Origin: Desulfotalea psychrophila LSv54
GTDB lineage: Bacteria; Desulfobacterota; Desulfobulbia; Desulfobulbales; Desulfocapsaceae
Direction: 5' to 3'
NCBI RefSeq assembly: GCF_000025945.1
Contig: NC_006138.1
Location: 1,560,001-1,592,000 of the forward strand
Length of the DNA: 32,000 nucleotides
Shown: positions 26,688 to 32,000 of the stretch, piece after piece
Numbering within the stretch: the first letter of the stretch is position 1
Layout: each line of letters opens with the position of its first letter
Notes under the pieces: model-generated
Told to the model about the DNA's origin: nothing
What the model saw: the letters and a program-made list of their open reading frames with translations, nothing else
Database searches by the model: none
Position numbers and translations under genes: made by a program

Positions 26688-27040
26688 TTAGTCCTTATCG
26701 AGGAGTTTTTTCAGGTCGTGCATCTCCCTTTGCAAATCCTGTAAATTTTCTGAATATTTGGCAAATGGCTTTGGCCTTTGGTGGGCGATGAGAGGGGCGG
26801 TGATGGCCAGCTGGGAAGGTGTTGCAAAGAACCTGCTGTGTGCCTTGGTAATGGTGAAAGCACGGTGATGAAGGAGATCCTGGGGATGGAGAATGAGATT
26901 TATCTTTTCATGGGGTTAGAGGCCTTGACCTGAGCGGTTAGGTCTGGAGTGAGAGCAGGAAATTGAGACTTCCAGTAAGGCAGGACATGGGTGGAAGCCA
27001 GCAATTTTAGCTACCTCACCAATCTTAAAATATGGCTTAG
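26688..27040 (-). pseudogene. decayed MerR-family regulator (multiple frameshifts)
   Basis: Fragments in different frames: KPYFKIGEVAKIAGFHP, YWKSQFPALTPD, LILHPQDLLHHRAFTITKA, YSENLQDLQREMHDLKKLLDKD; together they follow the MerR HTH plus coiled-coil order. Confidence 0.65.
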
Positions 27041-27216
27041 TGGGGATTTTTATTGCCAAGGTCCATAAAAATCTGAAAAAAGGGATAATGAGCTTATTCG
27101 TTATCGGCAAAATAATTATACAGAAAAAAGAAGAGGTGGAGCAAGAGGGGGGAAACCGTGTATGGAGCTTTCAGTTGAAAGCTCCATACACAGGGATGGT
27201 GCAGTAAGAAAGAGAT

Positions 27217-27510
27217 CTACTCGTTAACTTGCTCTCTGAGCTTCTTACTTGGACGGAAACTAACCGCCTGGCGCTTGGTGATGGTGATGGGCTCACCGGT
27301 ACGTGGGTTACGACCGGTACGTGGTGCTTTATCACGAACGGTGAAGGTACCAAAATGTACCAACTTGATGGACTCACCTTCAATTAAAGCATCTTTCATT
27401 TTTCCCAAAAAGCTATCAACGATCTCGGAACAGATGTTCTGAGAATAGCCAAGTTGTCCTGTGAGTTCTTCGGCTATTTCTTTACGGGTTAAATTTGTTT
27501 GGTCATGCAT
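27217..27510 (-). CDS. ihfA: integration host factor alpha subunit
   Basis: LTRKEIAEELTGQLGYSQNICSEIVDSFLGKMKDALIEGESIKLVHFGTFTVRDKAPRTGRNPRTGEPITITKRQAVSFRPSKKLREQVN; follows pheT. Confidence 0.93.
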   Translation of the reverse strand: MHDQTNLTRKEIAEELTGQLGYSQNICSEIVDSFLGKMKDALIEGESIKLVHFGTFTVRDKAPRTGRNPRTGEPITITKRQAVSFRPSKKLREQVNE

Positions 27511-29953
27511 CTCGGAAACTCCCTCCAAATCGATCTGTCAGTAAACTTACTATTTTTGAATGGGATTTTTCCACATTTTTTTCAGTAAGTGTCTTTGTTT
27601 GAGAGCGGTAGGTAATAGATACCGCAACGCTCTTATATCCTTTCTGGATCTTGCCGCCCTCGAATACGTCAAAAATCTCTGCGTATTCCATGAGCTTGTC
27701 TCGGCTTGACCGCACTGTAGCAAGTAATTCACCTGCGGATATGCTTGCTGGCACAACCAGAGCAATATCACGCTTTACTGCAGGGTACACAGGTAGTGAA
27801 CTAAAGGCTTTGGTTTGTGGGCTAAGCGCGCAGAGCGCATCAAAGTTGAGGTCGAAATAGTAAACCTCGTGTTTGATACCGAAGCTTTTCAACACCTCTT
27901 CTTCGACCTTTCCGATGGTACCAAGTACATTGGGGCCAAGGTGAATGGTAAGGGCATAGTCTTGTGTTGAAAAAGGCTCACGCGCACCTTCAGGCGGTAC
28001 TGTAAACTCGATTTTCTCATTATTTGCAAGGTCTGTGAGTCCCATTTCTGATAAAATAAACTCAACAGTGCCTTTTGCATCGAAAATATCGACATTTGCG
28101 CTCTTAAAATAAAGCGAAGAGCTCTCTCCAAATTTGTTGCCGGAGAGGACACCTGTGATGCACTGACGCTCAATTGGCTGAACATCCTCACCCTGGGCGA
28201 GGAATATCTTACCGATCTCAAAAAGTTTTACTGCAGTCTTTTGGAAGCTGATGTTACGTTTTACATTCTCAAGCAGACTCGGTAGGAGGCAGGCCCGCAT
28301 AACGGCCTGTTCTTCGCTGAGAGGGTTGAGAAGGGTGACTACCTTGCGACGGTAGTCCTGCTCGCTGAGTTGAAGCATGTCAGCATGTTGAGCAGTGACA
28401 AAACTATAGTTAATGGCCTCGTTGAAGCCTATTCTGGTAAGTTTTAGGGCAAGAGGATAACGCTTGAGGCGGTCGTCGTCCTGCTCCGGGTAACTTAGAG
28501 CTACCAGTGGGGTTGCGGTGGGCACATTGTCATAACCATAGATTCTGGCAATTTCCTCCACCAAATCTGCCTCGCGCTCGATATCGATACGAAAGGTTGG
28601 AGCGGTGACCAGCAGGATATCCTCATTCTCAGGATCCTTCTCCACCACCATTTCAATGGAGGTGAGCATTGCCGTCAGTTCTTCTCCGCTAAACTCAACG
28701 CCAATAAGGGAAGAGGTTCTGGATATAGAAAATCTTTGCACTTCAACGGCTTTCTTGCCATCGTAGTTGTCGATGCCTTCAGAACAGAGGGCTCCGCCCG
28801 CAATCTCGGCGATGAGCTCTGCGGCCCGATCAAGGGCATTAACAACCCCACCCGGATCAACACCACGCTCGAAGCGATATGATGCCTCGGAGGGGAGTTT
28901 GAGGTTTCTGGCAGTCTTACGTACAGAGACGGGGTTGAAACAGGCACTCTCTAAGAGGATATCGGTACTTTCAGCATCGATCTCGGAGTTTGCCCCACCC
29001 ATAACGCCGGCTACGGCAATGGGTTTATCGGCATCACAGATGAGAAGCATCTCGGCGCTGATTTCTCGCTTTGTGCCATCAAGGGTAGTGATTTCTGTCT
29101 CATTTTCTCTTGGCAGACGGACAACAATCTTGTTACCAGCGACCTTCTTAAAGTCAAAGGCATGCAGGGGTTGACCGTATTCGAGCATAACAAAGTTTGT
29201 GATATCAACGATGTTATTAATCGGACGCATGCCCACAGAAACAAGAAGTTTACGCAACCACCAGGGTGATTTGCCAACCGTTACGTTTTTGATGAGCTTG
29301 GCCGTATAACGTGGACAGAGTTCAGATGACTCCACCTCTACGCTAAAATCACGAGACTCTGCCTCTATCTGTCGATCCTTTACCGGGATCTGCAGAGGGC
29401 GACCGATCTTACCGGCAATTTCCCGGGCAGTACCAATAACAGAGGCACAGTCAGGACGATTGGGGGTGAGATCTACTTCGATAAAGGTATCGCTGAGTTC
29501 CATGGCGTCGATGAATCGCTGACCATGGGCCATGCCCTCGGGAAGCTCCATGATACCATCGTGGTCTTCACCGATACCCAGCTCACGCTCAGAACAGAGC
29601 ATGCCTGCTGAGGCAATACCACGTACCTTGGATTTTTTGATTTTAAAGTTACCGGGGAGTACAGCACCTGGTAGGGCTACGGTAACGGCAAGTCCCTCGC
29701 GAACATTCGGGGCACCACAGACAATTTGGTGAGTATCGTCACCAACCTGTACCTGACACAGACTTAACTTGTCTGCATCGGGGTGTTTTTCGCAGGAAAT
29801 TACAAGACCTGTCTTTAGTGCTGCCAGCTCTTCAAAGATTGGCGCAACACTATCAACCTCAAGACCGAGCATGGTCAGCTTGTCAGCTATCTCGGTTGGA
29901 GTGAGTCCCGTTGTATCTACATATTTTTGTAACCAGTTAAGCGTAAACTTCAT
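27503..29953 (-). CDS. pheT: phenylalanine-tRNA ligase beta subunit
   Basis: MKFTLNWLQKYVDTTGLTPTEIADKLTMLGLEVDS...HPDADKLSLCQV...; full-length with anticodon-binding C-terminus. Confidence 0.98.
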   Translation of the reverse strand: MKFTLNWLQKYVDTTGLTPTEIADKLTMLGLEVDSVAPIFEELAALKTGLVISCEKHPDADKLSLCQVQVGDDTHQIVCGAPNVREGLAVTVALPGAVLPGNFKIKKSKVRGIASAGMLCSERELGIGEDHDGIMELPEGMAHGQRFIDAMELSDTFIEVDLTPNRPDCASVIGTAREIAGKIGRPLQIPVKDRQIEAESRDFSVEVESSELCPRYTAKLIKNVTVGKSPWWLRKLLVSVGMRPINNIVDITNFVMLEYGQPLHAFDFKKVAGNKIVVRLPRENETEITTLDGTKREISAEMLLICDADKPIAVAGVMGGANSEIDAESTDILLESACFNPVSVRKTARNLKLPSEASYRFERGVDPGGVVNALDRAAELIAEIAGGALCSEGIDNYDGKKAVEVQRFSISRTSSLIGVEFSGEELTAMLTSIEMVVEKDPENEDILLVTAPTFRIDIEREADLVEEIARIYGYDNVPTATPLVALSYPEQDDDRLKRYPLALKLTRIGFNEAINYSFVTAQHADMLQLSEQDYRRKVVTLLNPLSEEQAVMRACLLPSLLENVKRNISFQKTAVKLFEIGKIFLAQGEDVQPIERQCITGVLSGNKFGESSSLYFKSANVDIFDAKGTVEFILSEMGLTDLANNEKIEFTVPPEGAREPFSTQDYALTIHLGPNVLGTIGKVEEEVLKSFGIKHEVYYFDLNFDALCALSPQTKAFSSLPVYPAVKRDIALVVPASISAGELLATVRSSRDKLMEYAEIFDVFEGGKIQKGYKSVAVSITYRSQTKTLTEKNVEKSHSKIVSLLTDRFGGSFRDA

Positions 29954-29977
29954 GGCATGTGTATTTTGGGGAAGGTG

Positions 29978-30994
29978 TTAAAACTGTGAGAGAAAACGTT
30001 GGTCGTTTTCGTAAAATAGTCGTATGTCATCGATTCGGTACTTGAGCATGGCAATACGCTCGATACCGAGTCCAAAGGCAAAACCACTGTACACTTCTGG
30101 ATCATAACCAACCATTTTAAATACTTCTGGGTCAACCATGCCAGCGCCGAGAATTTCCAACCAGCCAGTCTTTTTACAAACGCGACATCCTTTTCCGCCA
30201 CACATAACACAGGCAATATCAACCTCTGCACTTGGTTCGGTGAATGGGAAGAAACTTGGACGGAATCTTACAGGAAGGTCTTGTTTAAATATTTTTTGCA
30301 AAAAGAGGGTGAGGACACCCTTGAGATCGGCAAAGGATATGTTCTTGTCAACCAAGAGACCCTCTACCTGATGAAACATCGGGGTATGGGTGATATCGGA
30401 GTCGCAACGATATACCTTACCGGGGGCGATCATGCGCAGTGGTGGATCTTGCTTTTCCATAACCCGAGCCTGCATAGGCGAAGTATGGGTACGAAGCAGG
30501 GTGGAGCCACTTACATAGAAGGTGTCATGCATATCTCTGGCCGGGTGGTGAGCCGGGATATTAAGTGCCTCAAAATTATAGTAATCTTGCTCAACATCTG
30601 GCCCTTCTGCCACAGAAAAACCCATGGCCTCGAAGATGGCACAAACTTCCTGCATAACCTGAGTTACAGGGTGAAGATTTCCCGCTGCAGGTTGACGACC
30701 AGGAAGAGTTAAGTCTGGAAGAGATTGATAGGTATCGGAAGACGAGGTTTGCTGGGAAAGAGAGGATCTCTTCTCTTCAAACTGCTCTTCTAACTGGGCT
30801 TTAATTGTATTGGCGAGTTGGCCAAGGCGGGGGCGATCTTCTGCAGGAGCAGATCCAAGCTGACGCATAACCGTAGTAAATAGTCCCTTACGACCAAGAT
30901 ATTTAATACGGAATTCTTCGAGTGATTCACTCGCGCAGATGGCGGTCAGGCTTGCCTTGGCTTCGTTCTCAAGGTTCTGTAGCTCTTGTTCCAT
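29978..30994 (-). CDS. pheS: phenylalanine-tRNA ligase alpha subunit
   Basis: [16 protein letters not shown]...[12 protein letters not shown]...[36 protein letters not shown]...[16 protein letters not shown]. Confidence 0.98.
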   Translation of the reverse strand: MEQELQNLENEAKASLTAICASESLEEFRIKYLGRKGLFTTVMRQLGSAPAEDRPRLGQLANTIKAQLEEQFEEKRSSLSQQTSSSDTYQSLPDLTLPGRQPAAGNLHPVTQVMQEVCAIFEAMGFSVAEGPDVEQDYYNFEALNIPAHHPARDMHDTFYVSGSTLLRTHTSPMQARVMEKQDPPLRMIAPGKVYRCDSDITHTPMFHQVEGLLVDKNISFADLKGVLTLFLQKIFKQDLPVRFRPSFFPFTEPSAEVDIACVMCGGKGCRVCKKTGWLEILGAGMVDPEVFKMVGYDPEVYSGFAFGLGIERIAMLKYRIDDIRLFYENDQRFLSQF

Positions 30995-31209
30995 AATTCC
31001 AGAAAGGTAGTGGGGGAATGTTGAAAATAAATTTTCAAGTAATCCCTTTTTGTTCGATGAATGTCAATGAAACAGCATGCCGGTTCACGGAAAAAACCAT
31101 GAACCGGCATACACAAAACACACACTATTTGTTGTTTTCAGACAGGAAGCAACAAACTGTAGAGAGGCAAACGTTGAGTTTAAAACCCTACATAAAAGCC
31201 AAAAAGCTC

Positions 31210-31566
31210 TTAAGCGTTTGCTTCCTTAGCGATAACACTCAGCTTGGTGAAAGCTGGAGCATCGAGTACTGCCAAGTTGGCAAGTACTTTTCTGTCAAGC
31301 TCAATACCAGCTTTAGCGAGACCACCGATAAATCTGCTGTAGTTGATGTCGTTCATCTTGGCACCAGCATTGATGCGGGTAATCCAAAGACGACGAAAAT
31401 CTCTCTTACGTTGCTTACGATCACGGTATGCGTAGCAAAGGGCGCGATCAACGGCCTCGGTAGCTGTCTTAAATAGACGCGAACGGGCGCCTCTGTAACC
31501 TTTAGCGAGTTTGAGAACCCGATTTCTTCGTCTGCGAGCTTTAAATCCTCGTGTAACGCGTGGCAT
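31210..31566 (-). CDS. rplT: 50S ribosomal protein L20
   Basis: [67 protein letters not shown]. Confidence 0.99.
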   Translation of the reverse strand: MPRVTRGFKARRRRNRVLKLAKGYRGARSRLFKTATEAVDRALCYAYRDRKQRKRDFRRLWITRINAGAKMNDINYSRFIGGLAKAGIELDRKVLANLAVLDAPAFTKLSVIAKEANA

Positions 31567-31667
31567 GAATAAACTCCTTATTCTTCATCCTACAGATAGT
31601 TTGTGTAGGAATTATAAACTAAAATCTAATTGTCTCTTTCAGGTACTGCTCAATATTGCTATTGAGA

Positions 31668-31865
31668 TTACATGTAAGGGAGAATTTTCTTAATATTTTT
31701 AACATCAGCTGAGGAAACAAGATCAGCCTGACGTAAAGAACGCTTACGCTTGGTAGATTTCTTGGTCAAAATATGGCTGGTAAACGCTTTACCACGCTTA
31801 ATTCTTCCTGAACCAGTTTTCTTGAAACGCTTAGCTGCGCCTCTATTAGTTTTCATCTTTGGCAT
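31668..31865 (-). CDS. rpmI: 50S ribosomal protein L35
   Basis: [65 protein letters not shown]. Confidence 0.98.
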   Translation of the reverse strand: MPKMKTNRGAAKRFKKTGSGRIKRGKAFTSHILTKKSTKRKRSLRQADLVSSADVKNIKKILPYM

Positions 31866-32000
31866 GATAAATACTCCTTTGTGCTTCAATAAGCAGTACT
31901 GTTGAGAGCGTATTCAAGCAAATGCTGAAGACGGATGAAACATACAACAGCGCTAGTATTATGTGACAATGAGCTTAACGGGGCTCAAACTTATATTCCA

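Overview
Coordinates are 1-based in this 32 kb window. It looks like a marine sulfate-reducer-type deltaproteobacterial chromosome; that organism guess is inference from gene content. Conserved blocks: a partial Fe(III) ABC permease plus binding protein, brnQ, a DUF134 regulator with a long Gly/Gln tail, an HD-GYP protein, a solute-binding protein overlapping a Cache-HAMP-SpoIIE phosphatase, a proline iminopeptidase-like lipoprotein, an NCS2 xanthine/uracil permease, an RhlE-like helicase, a YkgJ-like protein, and rpmI-rplT-pheS-pheT-ihfA followed by a decayed MerR gene and tRNA-Pro(GGG). Between these lie decayed accessory segments. The most interesting is at 20.6-23.0 kb: three palindromic sites with integron attC architecture, spaced between small unknown minus-strand genes whose stop codons abut the sites. 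This looks like an integrase-less gene-cassette array, and its last cassette is cut by a ~280 bp MITE-like element. Also notable: a SieB-like superinfection-exclusion gene split by an A7 homopolymer frameshift; a small unit (short protein plus membrane-anchored Mrr-type nuclease) bracketed by a duplicated tRNA-Pro 3' end; similar tRNA-end repeats at 5.4 and 6.2 kb; two MITE-like elements related to an IS5-type transposase remnant; and an unexplained ~170-250 bp dispersed repeat at 8.1 and 24.3 kb. No CRISPR array, intact transposase or integrase was seen.
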